Source: an uncultured Gemmatimonadales bacterium
Lineage (GTDB): Bacteria; Gemmatimonadota; Gemmatimonadetes; Longimicrobiales; Gaopeijiaceae
DNA length: 64,000 nt
Direction: 5' to 3'
Assembly (NCBI GenBank): GCA_963809895.1
Contig: CAWELD010000003.1
Location: forward strand, 2,496,001 to 2,560,000
Shown here piece by piece: positions 38,898-48,367 of the stretch. How positions within the stretch are numbered: the first letter of the stretch is position 1; the number at the start of each line of letters is the position of its first letter. The position numbers and the translations under genes are program-made. The notes beneath the pieces are model-generated. The model was not told the origin of the DNA and did no database searches. It was given only the letters and a program-made list of their open reading frames with translations.

Positions 38898-40100
38898 TCA
38901 CTCCTCCTGAGGCCGACGCACCCGGACGCGCTCGCCCAGACCGGGAGAGTCCTCCGGAGGCACCACCAGGTCTCCTCCGTCGAGACCGGACACGATCTCG
39001 ACCCAGCGCTCCGCTCTGAGCCCGATCGCCACCGGCCGGCGCGCCAGTCTGCCGTCGCGCGCGACCGCCACCCAGGGCGAGTCGGTTCCCAACCCGCGCA
39101 CGGCGGCCTCGGGGAGGACCGTGGCCCCCGTGCTGCGACCCGCCTCGATGTTCACCGAGACGGTCATCTCCGGACGCAGATAGGCCGGCGGATCGCCGAC
39201 GGAGAGGCGGACCTCCACGGTGCCCTGGGCCGGATCCACCGATGGTGCGATCAGCGAGACGTGGGCGATGAAGGTCGAGTCGGGGTACGCGTCGGCGGAC
39301 GCCGTGGCGGTGGCCCCCGCGCGCAACTGGCCCAGATTCTCCTCCGAAGGAAAGACCACGAGCTCGGTGGGACCGTCCAGCGCGAGGTCGAGGAGGGCGG
39401 AGCCGGGCTGGACCGCCTGGCCCGGTTCGACGTCGCGGGTCAGGACCACGCCGGCGGCGGGAGCTCCTACGCGGGTCAGCGCCAGACGCGCTCGGGCGGC
39501 ATCGAGTCCTGCGCGCGCCCGCTCCACCGTCGCGTTGCCTCCGGGCTCGGTACGCGCCTGCGCCGCCTGCAGGCGGCTGCGGGCATCGGCGGCCCTCTGC
39601 TCGGCCTGCTCCAGGCGCTGCTGCGTCAGACCGCCGGCGGCCACCACCGCCCGGATTCTCGCCAGATCCCGCTCGGCCTGCCGGACCTCGTTGTCGGCCT
39701 GCTCGACGGCGGCACGGGTCTGGGCGATGGCCTCGGCCAGAGCCGCCTCGGCCTGGGCGACACCGGCGCGCGCCTCCCGGTCATCCAGGGTCACCAGGAG
39801 CTCGCCCGCCTCCACGCGGTCTCCCTCCCGGACCAGCACGCGCCGCACCGTACCCGCAATGGAGGCGCCCACCCCCGCCCTGGAGGGCGGCCGCACGCGC
39901 CCCACCAGAACGAGCGTGCGCACCACGTCGCGCGTCTCCGGAGCGACACCCGTGACCGTGGCCGGAAGCGCGACCCTGAAGGCCAACGCCACCACGACCA
40001 GGCCGAGGCCGAGGCCGAGCAGCCATCCCACGGGATGGCGCCTGAATGTCGAGCGACGGCCGGGGGTCTGCTGGCTCGCTTCGGACTCGGCCCTATCCAT
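38898..40100 (-). CDS. Periplasmic adaptor (membrane fusion) protein
   Basis: One TM; VLVREGDRVEAGELLVTLD lipoyl-like motif, coiled coil, YLRPEMTVSV. Confidence 0.9.
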   Translation of the reverse strand: MDRAESEASQQTPGRRSTFRRHPVGWLLGLGLGLVVVALAFRVALPATVTGVAPETRDVVRTLVLVGRVRPPSRAGVGASIAGTVRRVLVREGDRVEAGELLVTLDDREARAGVAQAEAALAEAIAQTRAAVEQADNEVRQAERDLARIRAVVAAGGLTQQRLEQAEQRAADARSRLQAAQARTEPGGNATVERARAGLDAARARLALTRVGAPAAGVVLTRDVEPGQAVQPGSALLDLALDGPTELVVFPSEENLGQLRAGATATASADAYPDSTFIAHVSLIAPSVDPAQGTVEVRLSVGDPPAYLRPEMTVSVNIEAGRSTGATVLPEAAVRGLGTDSPWVAVARDGRLARRPVAIGLRAERWVEIVSGLDGGDLVVPPEDSPGLGERVRVRRPQEE

Positions 40101-41496
40101 CCAACGCCTCCAGCAGGCGGTCGTGAATCCCCCCGAAGCCCCCGTTGGACATGATCAGCACCACGTCGCCCTCCCGCGCCGCCGCCGCCACGTCGCTGAC
40201 GATGCGTCCGACGTCCGGGATGTAGTCGGCCTCGGCCCCGGCGGCGCGTACCTCCGCCACCAGCGCCTCGGGATCCATGCCCGTGTCGTCGTCGTAGCGC
40301 TCCGGGTGGAAGAGCCCGGCCAGGATCACGCGGTCGGCGGTGGCCAGCGCGTCGCGAAAGGGGTCCTGGGATTCCCGGCGCTGGGCGGTGTAGCTCCTGG
40401 GCTCGAAGATCGCCACCACACGCCGACCCGGATACCGCTTCCGCACGGCGTCGACCGTCTCCCGCACCGCCGTGGGATGGTGGGCGAAATCATCGATGAC
40501 GGTGACGCCCCGGACCTCTCCCCGGACCTCCATGCGACGTCGCACACTGCGAAAACTCCGGAGCCCCTCACGTAGCGCCTCGGCGGGCGCACCGGCGGCT
40601 CGCGCCGCCGCCATGGCTGCCAGAGCGTTGCGCACGTTGAAGGTGCCGCCGAGCGGAGACTCGAAGCGGCCCAGGCGCTCACGGTCGTGCCAGAGGGTGA
40701 ACGTGGTGCCGGCAGGTCCCTGCTCCACGTCGGCGGCCCACCAACCGGCGCGATCGGCGGAGTCGTCGGCCAGCCCGAAGGGATGCACCGGCGCGAAGGA
40801 GAGTGCCCCCAGGTCGCGCGCCGCGTCTCCGTCCGAGCCCAGCACCAGCGTCCCGGACCCCGGCACCAGGTTCACGAAGCGTTCGAAGGCGAACCGGTAG
40901 GCGATCTCGTCGCGGAAGATGTCGGCGTGGTCGAATTCCACGTTGGTCACCACCGCCGTGGTGGGCAGGTAGTGCCACATCTTGGGTCCCTTGTCGAAGT
41001 ACGCCGTGTCGTACTCGTCGGCTTCGATGACGAAGAGCTCCGAGTCCGTGAGGCGGAACGACGCGCCGAAGTTCTCTGCCACGCCCCCGATCAGGAACGA
41101 CGGCTCGAGCCCCGCACACTCCAGGATCCAGGCGAGCATCGAGGCCGTCGTCGTCTTGCCGTGGGTACCTGCCACGGCAAGCACGTGCCTGCCCCACAGG
41201 AGCTCGTCACGGATGGTGGCGGCGGCGGAGACGTAGCGCAGGCGGCGGTCGAGCACGGCTTCGAGCTCCGGGTTTCCCCGGCTGATGGCGTTCCCCACCA
41301 CAACCCGATCCGGCGCCGGGTCCAGGTTCACCGGATCGAAGGAATGCGCGTAGGCGATCCCGAGCTCGTCCAGCATGGTCGACATGGGCGGATACACACC
41401 CTCGTCCGAGCCCGTGACCCGGTGTCCCTTCGCCTTGAGGAGGCCCGCCAGCGAGCCCATGGCCGTGCCGGCGATTCCGATGAGGTGGTAGTGCAT
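40093..41496 (-). CDS. mpl: UDP-N-acetylmuramate:tripeptide ligase (murein peptide ligase)
   Basis: HLIGIAGTAMGSLA, GSDEGVYPPMS, VAGTHGKTTT, EADEYDTAYFDK, DDFAHHPTA, MSNGGFGGIH. Confidence 0.92.
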   Translation of the reverse strand: MHYHLIGIAGTAMGSLAGLLKAKGHRVTGSDEGVYPPMSTMLDELGIAYAHSFDPVNLDPAPDRVVVGNAISRGNPELEAVLDRRLRYVSAAATIRDELLWGRHVLAVAGTHGKTTTASMLAWILECAGLEPSFLIGGVAENFGASFRLTDSELFVIEADEYDTAYFDKGPKMWHYLPTTAVVTNVEFDHADIFRDEIAYRFAFERFVNLVPGSGTLVLGSDGDAARDLGALSFAPVHPFGLADDSADRAGWWAADVEQGPAGTTFTLWHDRERLGRFESPLGGTFNVRNALAAMAAARAAGAPAEALREGLRSFRSVRRRMEVRGEVRGVTVIDDFAHHPTAVRETVDAVRKRYPGRRVVAIFEPRSYTAQRRESQDPFRDALATADRVILAGLFHPERYDDDTGMDPEALVAEVRAAGAEADYIPDVGRIVSDVAAAAREGDVVLIMSNGGFGGIHDRLLEALDG

Positions 41497-41502
41497 GGGT
41501 CG

Positions 41503-41508
41503 AGTATA
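41503..41508 (-). promoter_or_regulatory. -10 box, putative leaderless transcript of mpl
   Basis: Minus strand TATACT, 6 nt, then ATG 41496; no SD. Confidence 0.55.
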
Positions 41509-41587
41509 ACGGGCGGCGCCGCGCGAGAAACCCCGACCGTCCGCATCCCGTAGGCTCCTGCGGATGTCACCCACAAAGGAAGCCTCC

Positions 41588-44059
41588 ATGGATCGTCTCA
41601 AGAGCCATCTGACCGTCGCCGTCCGCAGGCTCGTTCGGGCTCCCCTCTTCGCCGTCACCGCCGTGGTCACCCTGGCGGTGGGGATCGGTGCCAACACGGC
41701 CATCTTCAGCGTCGTAGACGGCGTGCTCTTGAAGCCCCTCCCCTTCCGGGACAGCGACGAGTTGCTGGGCCTGTGGTTCACGGCCCCGGGGCTGAACTTC
41801 GACATCGTGCCCCAGTCCCCGGCCACCTACCTGACCTTCCGCGAAGACTCCCAGCGCCTGGACGACGTGGCGCTCTGGTCCAGCCGGACGGCGCAGGTCA
41901 CGGGCCAGGCGGAGCCCGAGCAGGTGGAGTCGCTCATGGTCACCGACGGCTTCCTTCCCGTCCTCGACGTCGATGCCGCCCTGGGTCGCCGTTTCACCGC
42001 CGACGACGACCAGGCGGAGGCACCGCGCACGGTGATGCTGAGTCACGCCTACTGGGAGCGGGCCTTCGGGGCTTCGTCCGACGCCATCGGCCAGACGCTC
42101 CAGGTGGACGGGCGCCCGTGGGAGATCATCGGCGTGCTGCCGGAGGGCTTCCACTTCATGGATCGGGATCCGGCCTTCCTCTTCCCGGCGCGCCTCGATC
42201 CCGCCGAGGTCTTCATGGGCAATTTCTCCTACCAGGGAATCGCCCGCATGAAGCCCGGGGTGACCCCCGACCAGGTGGCTGCGGAGATGGAACGCCTGAT
42301 CCCGGTGGCGGCGGAGCGCTATCCCGGACCGGTGTCACTGTCCATGCTCGAGCAGGCGCGCTTCGCACCCATCGTACACCCGCTCAAGGACGACATGGTG
42401 GGCGACGTGCGCCCGGTGCTGTGGGTGCTGCTGGGAACGGTGGCCATGGTGCTCCTGATCGCCTGTGCCAACGTGGCCAATCTCTTCCTGGTCCGTGCCG
42501 AATCGAACCAACGGGACGTGGCGGTGCGCACCGCGCTGGGCGCCGGCCGGGGTGACATCGCCGGACAGTTCCTCACGGAGAGCGTACTGCTGGGGCTCGT
42601 GGGCGGACTCGGGGGGGTGGGCCTGGCCTGGGTCGGACTGGAGTTCCTGCTGTCGCGGGCCCCGGCGGGCCTGCCGCGAATCGATCAGATCACCCTCGGC
42701 CCGCTGGTGCTCACCTTCACCCTGGCGATCTCGGTGCTGGCCGGACTGTTGTTCGGGGGATTCGCGCTGCTGCGCTACGGCCGTCCAGACATGGTCACGT
42801 CGCTCAAGGAGGGGGGCCGGGGCTCGGCGCAGGGCAAGGAGCGTCACCGGGCCCGCAACACCCTGGTGGTGGCCCAGATGGCGCTGGCCCTGGTGCTCCT
42901 CGTGGGCTCGGGGCTCATGATCCGCTCCTTTCAGGCTCTCCGCGGAGTGGATCCGGGCTTCGATTCCGACGACCGCTTCACCTTCCGGGTGAGCGTGCCC
43001 CAGGCCGTCATGCCCGACGAGGATGAAACGGTGGCGGCCTACGAGCAGATGCTCCGAAACCTCGAGGCGATCCCGGGGGTCGAGGCTGTGGGCAGCGCCA
43101 GCGCCGTCCCCATGGGCGGCTCGGACTCCAACGACGCCGTCTACGTCGAGGACCATCCGACACCCGAGGGAGAGATCCCGCCCATCCGTCGCTTCGACTG
43201 GGTGCTCCCGGGATACTTCGCCGCAATGGACATTCCGGTGGTCGCGGGCCGGGACCTGACGTGGGACGACATCCGGGAGGGCCGGCCCAGGGTGGTCGTG
43301 TCCGAGAACTTCGCCCGCGAGTACTGGGGCGAGCCCCGGGCCGCCCTCGGAAAGCGGGTGAGCACCATCAACATCAACGACGAAGCTCCGGTCTGGCAGG
43401 AGATCGTCGGCGTGGTGGGGAACGTCCACATGGACGGGCTGGACCACGACCCCGAGGCGGTCATGTACTGGCCCATGTACCAGACCGAACTCTACGGCCA
43501 GGGCTACGAGCTGCGGCGGAGCATGGTGTTCGTGCTGCACGCGCGTCCCGGGGTCATGGCGACGCTGCTCCCGTCGGCTCGCCAGGCGGTCCGCCAGGTG
43601 ACCACCAGCGTGCCCCTGGCACAGATCCGTACCCAGGCCGAGCTGGTGCGGCGGTCCATGGCCCGCACCTCCTTCACGCTGGTGATGCTGGGGATCGCCG
43701 CCCTGGTGGCGCTCCTCCTGGGCGCGGTGGGCATCTACGGCGTCATCTCCTACGCCGTCAGCCAGCGCACGCGCGAAATCGGCGTGCGCATGGCGTTGGG
43801 TGCCGAGCGGGGCGCGGTGGCCAGGATGGTGGTGGGCCAGGGCATGGTCCTGGTGGCCGCGGGCGTGGGCATCGGCCTCATGGCTGCCTTCGGCCTGACG
43901 CGCCTCATGGCCTCACTGCTCTACGGTGTGCGGCCCCTCGACTTCCCCACCTACGGGGTGGTCTCGGTGGCCCTCGCCGGCGTGGCCGTGGTGGCGAGCT
44001 GGCTCCCGGCTCGACGGGCGGCGCGTGTGGATCCGGCGACGACGCTGAGAGAAGAGTAG
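41588..44059 (+). CDS. ADOP-type duplicated ABC permease
   Basis: TLAVGIGANTAIFSVV, LLIACANVANL, QRTREIGVRMALGA, PARRAARVDP; duplicated MacB/FtsX architecture without ATPase. Confidence 0.9.
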   Translation: MDRLKSHLTVAVRRLVRAPLFAVTAVVTLAVGIGANTAIFSVVDGVLLKPLPFRDSDELLGLWFTAPGLNFDIVPQSPATYLTFREDSQRLDDVALWSSRTAQVTGQAEPEQVESLMVTDGFLPVLDVDAALGRRFTADDDQAEAPRTVMLSHAYWERAFGASSDAIGQTLQVDGRPWEIIGVLPEGFHFMDRDPAFLFPARLDPAEVFMGNFSYQGIARMKPGVTPDQVAAEMERLIPVAAERYPGPVSLSMLEQARFAPIVHPLKDDMVGDVRPVLWVLLGTVAMVLLIACANVANLFLVRAESNQRDVAVRTALGAGRGDIAGQFLTESVLLGLVGGLGGVGLAWVGLEFLLSRAPAGLPRIDQITLGPLVLTFTLAISVLAGLLFGGFALLRYGRPDMVTSLKEGGRGSAQGKERHRARNTLVVAQMALALVLLVGSGLMIRSFQALRGVDPGFDSDDRFTFRVSVPQAVMPDEDETVAAYEQMLRNLEAIPGVEAVGSASAVPMGGSDSNDAVYVEDHPTPEGEIPPIRRFDWVLPGYFAAMDIPVVAGRDLTWDDIREGRPRVVVSENFAREYWGEPRAALGKRVSTININDEAPVWQEIVGVVGNVHMDGLDHDPEAVMYWPMYQTELYGQGYELRRSMVFVLHARPGVMATLLPSARQAVRQVTTSVPLAQIRTQAELVRRSMARTSFTLVMLGIAALVALLLGAVGIYGVISYAVSQRTREIGVRMALGAERGAVARMVVGQGMVLVAAGVGIGLMAAFGLTRLMASLLYGVRPLDFPTYGVVSVALAGVAVVASWLPARRAARVDPATTLREE

Positions 44060-44076
44060 GCGCGCTCCCTGGCGAT

Positions 44077-44105
44077 TGTGGCCCAACGGCCACACGTTTG
44101 TGGCC
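44077..44105. promoter_or_regulatory. Triple alternating heptamer, candidate operator
   Basis: TGTGGCC-caac-GGCCACA-cgtt-TGTGGCC at 11-bp period in the intergenic space. Confidence 0.45.
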
Positions 44106-44151
44106 GATCGAAACTCGTGCTGGACTCATCACGCCAATGGAGCGAACACCC

Positions 44152-44793
44152 ATGTCGATGTTCCTGAAGGGATGGACGAACGTCACTGCCTCCCGGAGCG
44201 CGCTGCTCGCGCTGGTCCTGGTGGCCGCGGCCGCGACCCCGGCAGCGGCCCAGTCGAAGCTGGACTTCGACCTCCGGGCGGGCGGCGCCATCCCCGCCGG
44301 CGACCTGAACGAAGTCAGCAAGCCCGGCGCGAGCGTCGGCGTAGGTGGCGCGTACCAGCTCGGCGATCGCTTGGCGTTCCGCGTCGACGGCGACCTGGAG
44401 TTGCTCAGCGAGCGCGAGCTCGCCGACGGCGTCATCATGCCGAAGGCGTATCTCTGGCACTATCACGCCGGCCTCGAGCTCGACGTCATGGGCGACGCGG
44501 AGTCCATGTGGCGGGTGCGGTTGCGCGGGGGTGCCGGCGGAACCACCTACGACACCAAGCTCTTCCAGAGCCGCAACGACGACTTCCTCGACACCTTCTT
44601 CTCGGTGAGCGGGGGTCTGTCGGTCGGGCGCCAGATCAGCGACGGCATGGAGCTGGGCGTGATCGGTCAGGCCTACGTCACCTTCACGGACAAGGACCGG
44701 ACGGCCGAGTTCGTCCAGGAGTCCAGCCTTCTGAACGAGTTCTCCAAGGCGTCGAGCTTCCCGATCCAGCTCTACCTGCGCTGGACCCGCTAG
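44152..44793 (+). CDS. Outer-membrane beta-barrel-like protein
   Basis: Signal peptide (..TPAAAQ), alternating Gly/aromatic beta strands, C-terminal QLYLRW; start 44152 or 44137. Confidence 0.7.
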   Translation: MSMFLKGWTNVTASRSALLALVLVAAAATPAAAQSKLDFDLRAGGAIPAGDLNEVSKPGASVGVGGAYQLGDRLAFRVDGDLELLSERELADGVIMPKAYLWHYHAGLELDVMGDAESMWRVRLRGGAGGTTYDTKLFQSRNDDFLDTFFSVSGGLSVGRQISDGMELGVIGQAYVTFTDKDRTAEFVQESSLLNEFSKASSFPIQLYLRWTR

Positions 44794-44935
44794 CGCGTCT
44801 CGCGCCGCGTCGACGCCCCGGCCGCCGTCGCTGTCATGCGACCGTCGGCCGGGGCGTTCGCATGTGCTGCAACGGCGTCGGCGCTCCCCCTGTCTCACCA
44901 GGCAGTGTCGACGCTCCGAACGACGAGAGGGGTTC

Positions 44936-47446
44936 ATGCTCAGGTTGAAGCTGGCGATCCGCACCCTGGTGAAGACGCCGTTCATCACCGCGGTGGCGGT
45001 GCTCTCCCTGGCGTTGGGGATCGGCGCCAACACCGCCATCTATTCGCTCTTCGACCAGATGCTGCTGCGGTCGCTTCCGGTCCGGGAGCCGGACCGGCTG
45101 GTGAACCTGTCCGCGCCGGGGCCCAAGCCCGGGTCGCAGTCCTGCACGCAAGCGGGAAGCTGCGAGGACGTCTTCAGCTACCCGATGTTCCGCGACCTGC
45201 AGCGGGCCGAAGGACCCTTCAGCGGGGTGGCGGCCCACCGGCGCTTCTCCGCCAACCTGTCGTTCGAGGGGCGCACGCTGAGCGCGACCGGGCTCCTGGT
45301 GTCGGGATCCTATTTCCCGGTCCTGGGCGTGCGCCCGGCGCTGGGCCGGCTGTTCGACCGCGGCGACGACCGCAACCCGGGGGAACAGCGCGTCGTGGTC
45401 CTCTCGCACGACTACTGGGAAAGCAAGTTGGGGAGCGACCCGGGCGTGCTCGATCGAAGCATGGTGGTGAACGGGATCTCCATGACCGTGGTGGGCGTCG
45501 CGGCGCGCGGCTTCACCGGAACCACCCTGGGTCTGGACCCCGACGTCTTCGTGCCCCTGACCATGCGCACCGAGTTGGAACCGCTCTTCGGAGATACGTT
45601 CGAGAACCGACGCGCGTACTGGGCCTACGTGTTCGCGCGTCTGAAGCCGGGGATATCGATGCAGCGGGCTTCGGAAGAGGTGAACAACCTCTACCACGGC
45701 ATCATCGACGAGGTCGAGGTGCCGCTGCAGGAAGGCATGAGCGAGACCACCCTGGCCCGCTTCCGCGACAAGGACATCCTGCTCGAATCGGGATCCCGTG
45801 GCCAGAGCTCCCTGGCGGCGGATGCGCGCACGCCTCTCACGCTCCTCCTGGCCATCACGGGCGTGGTCCTGCTCATCGCCTGCGCCAACATCGCGAACCT
45901 GCTCCTGGCCCGCGGGGCCGCCCGAACCCAGGAGATGGCGATCCGGAGCTCGCTGGGCGCCGGCCGCGGCCGACTCGTCGGCCAGCTCCTCTCCGAATCG
46001 CTGGCCCTGGCGCTCCTGGGGGGCGTCGCGAGCCTGCTGGTGGCCCACTGGACCCTCGCCGCCATCGGGTCCATGATGCCGGCGGAGCAGCTCGGCGGCC
46101 TGACGCTCCGCATCCGGCCTTCCCTGCTCTTGTTCACGGGCGCCCTGGTGCTGGGCACGGGGATCCTCTTCGGCCTCTTTCCCACGCTGCACGCGACCCG
46201 CGCTGACCTGGTCACGACCCTGAAAGGCAGCTCGGGTCAGCCGTCGGGCGCACGTGCCGCCGCCCGCTTCCGCACGAGCCTCGTGACGGCCCAGATCGCG
46301 CTGTCCATGACCCTCCTGGTGGCCGCAGGGCTCTTCATCCGGAGCCTCGTCAACCTCAGCCGGGTGGATCTGGGGCTCGACACGCGCCATACGTTGGTCT
46401 TCGGCGTCTCGCCCGTGTTGAACGGCTACGAGGCGGAAGAAAGCATGTCGCTCTTCCAGAGGGCGGAAAGCGAGTTGAGCGCGATCCCCGGCGTCGGCGG
46501 CGTGACCGCTGCCACGGTCCCCGTGCTCGGCGGCAGCTCGTGGAGCAACAGCGTCTCGGTGGAGGGATTCGAGGGCGGTCCCGACGTGGACCAGAGCTCG
46601 CAGTACAACGAGGTGGGCCCACACTACTTCAGCACCCTGGGCATGCCGTTGCTCGGCGGGCGGGAGTTCGACGAGCGCGACGGCGGCAACGCGCCCCCGG
46701 TGGCCATCGTCAACGAGGCATTCGCGCGCAAGTTCGGACTCGACCCGCGGCAAGCGGTGGGAAAACGGATGTCCCGGGATCGCTCGTCCGACCCCGAGCA
46801 GTTGGACATCCAGATCGTCGGCGTCGTGCAGGACGCGAAGTACAACGACGTGAAGGAGGCGGATCCCCCCGTCTTCTTCGTCCCCTACCGCCAGGACCCG
46901 GGCGTCGGCTTTCTGTATTTCTACCTGCGAACCTCGCTCGACCCGACCCAGGTGATGCGGGCGATTCCCGAGGTGATCGGACGGCTGGACCCGAACCTGC
47001 CCGTGGAGGACCTCAAGACGCTGGACGCGCAGGTCCGGGAGAACGTCTACTCGGATCGCATGATCAGCTCGCTGTCCACGGCCTTCGCCGTGCTCGCCAC
47101 ACTGCTGGCGGCCGTGGGTCTCTACGGCGTCCTGGCGTACACCGTGGCCCAGCGCACGCGTGAGATCGGGCTGCGCATGGCACTGGGCGCGGGCTCGGAG
47201 CGGGTGCGGGGAATGGTGCTTCGGCAGGTGACGCGCATGCTCGTGGTGGGTGGGGTCCTGGGTCTCGGCGCCGGCCTGGCGCTGGGGAGGGCGGCACGGG
47301 CACTCCTCTTCGGCCTGGAGGGCTCGGACCCCTGGGTGATCGTGGCGGTGACCCTCATCCTCACCGTGGTGGCCCTGGGAGCGGGATATCTGCCGGCGCG
47401 GCGAGCCTCACGCGTGGATCCCATGCAGGCGCTTCGCTACGAATAG
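44936..47446 (+). CDS. ADOP-type duplicated ABC permease
   Basis: GAGG before ATG 44936; SLALGIGANTAIYSL, LLIACANIANLLL, RTREIGLRMALGA, DPMQALRYE. Confidence 0.9.
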   Translation: MLRLKLAIRTLVKTPFITAVAVLSLALGIGANTAIYSLFDQMLLRSLPVREPDRLVNLSAPGPKPGSQSCTQAGSCEDVFSYPMFRDLQRAEGPFSGVAAHRRFSANLSFEGRTLSATGLLVSGSYFPVLGVRPALGRLFDRGDDRNPGEQRVVVLSHDYWESKLGSDPGVLDRSMVVNGISMTVVGVAARGFTGTTLGLDPDVFVPLTMRTELEPLFGDTFENRRAYWAYVFARLKPGISMQRASEEVNNLYHGIIDEVEVPLQEGMSETTLARFRDKDILLESGSRGQSSLAADARTPLTLLLAITGVVLLIACANIANLLLARGAARTQEMAIRSSLGAGRGRLVGQLLSESLALALLGGVASLLVAHWTLAAIGSMMPAEQLGGLTLRIRPSLLLFTGALVLGTGILFGLFPTLHATRADLVTTLKGSSGQPSGARAAARFRTSLVTAQIALSMTLLVAAGLFIRSLVNLSRVDLGLDTRHTLVFGVSPVLNGYEAEESMSLFQRAESELSAIPGVGGVTAATVPVLGGSSWSNSVSVEGFEGGPDVDQSSQYNEVGPHYFSTLGMPLLGGREFDERDGGNAPPVAIVNEAFARKFGLDPRQAVGKRMSRDRSSDPEQLDIQIVGVVQDAKYNDVKEADPPVFFVPYRQDPGVGFLYFYLRTSLDPTQVMRAIPEVIGRLDPNLPVEDLKTLDAQVRENVYSDRMISSLSTAFAVLATLLAAVGLYGVLAYTVAQRTREIGLRMALGAGSERVRGMVLRQVTRMLVVGGVLGLGAGLALGRAARALLFGLEGSDPWVIVAVTLILTVVALGAGYLPARRASRVDPMQALRYE

Positions 47447-47524
47447 CGGGCACATCGTGACGCCTCGCGGGTTGACCGAGGAGCAGGACCGAGAATCCTC
47501 CGAACGCCAACGACACGAGGCACC

Positions 47525-47950
47525 ATGAAGCGCAAAGGCTCAGCGATCTGGGAAGGCACTCTTCGCGAGGGACGTGGGCAGGTTTCGTCGGATAGCGGCG
47601 CCCTGTCCGGGGTCCCCTACACCTTCGGCATGCGGTTCGAGAGCGATCGGGGCACGAACCCCGAGGAGCTCATCGCGGCGGCGCACGCCGGGTGTTTCTC
47701 CATGGCCCTCTCCGGCGGCCTCCAGAAGGCCGGCTTCGATCCGAAGCGCATCGACACCGAGGCGGTGGTCACCCTCGAGAAGGGCGACGACGGATTCTCC
47801 ATCACGGCGGTGCACCTCACCACCCGGGCGGAAGTGCCCGGCGCCGATCGTGAGGGCTTCGCCAAGGCCGCCGCTGACGCCAAGAAGGGCTGCCCGGTGA
47901 GCAAGGTGCTCAACGCCGACATCACGCTGGAGGCGACGCTCGTGACCTGA
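47525..47950 (+). CDS. osmC: OsmC family peroxiredoxin
   Basis: GTNPEELIAAAHAGCFSMAL and KGCPVSK. Confidence 0.93.
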   Translation: MKRKGSAIWEGTLREGRGQVSSDSGALSGVPYTFGMRFESDRGTNPEELIAAAHAGCFSMALSGGLQKAGFDPKRIDTEAVVTLEKGDDGFSITAVHLTTRAEVPGADREGFAKAAADAKKGCPVSKVLNADITLEATLVT

Positions 47951-47985
47951 CCGGGCGCACCGGGTGACGCCGCTCTTGCGCTCTC

Positions 47986-48029
47986 CGGAATAGGTAGACA
48001 GACTAACGTTAGACAGTCTACCTATTCCG
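47986..48029. promoter_or_regulatory. Palindromic operator upstream of padR
   Basis: Perfect 14-bp inverted repeat CGGAATAGGTAGAC/GTCTACCTATTCCG with two TAGACAG(A/T)CTA boxes; AT-rich island. Confidence 0.75.
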
Positions 48030-48043
48030 AGAGCCGTCCCTCC

Positions 48044-48367
48044 ATGGATCTCCTCCCCGGCACACTCGATCTCCTCGTTCTGCGCATCCTGGATGACGAG
48101 GCGCTGCACGGCTACGCCATCGCCCGGCGCATCGAGCAGCTCTCGCGAGACGAGCTCAAGGTGGAGCAGGGATCGCTGTACCCCGCGCTCTACCGCCTCG
48201 AGCGCGCGGGGCTGGTGGGCTCTGCCAAGGGGACCTCGGAGACCGGCCGGCGTGTGAAGGTCTACGCCCTCACCGCCGCGGGCCGGGCGAAGCTCGCCGA
48301 CGAGGTCGCGGGGTGGGACCGGTTCGTGAAGGCGGTGGGCCGGGTGGTACGGGGGTACGCGCCATGA
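48044..48367 (+). CDS. PadR family transcriptional regulator (acidobacterial type)
   Basis: GTLDLLVL, HGYAIARRI, VEQGSLYPALYRLE; ATGA-coupled to an ADOP permease. Confidence 0.92.
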   Translation: MDLLPGTLDLLVLRILDDEALHGYAIARRIEQLSRDELKVEQGSLYPALYRLERAGLVGSAKGTSETGRRVKVYALTAAGRAKLADEVAGWDRFVKAVGRVVRGYAP

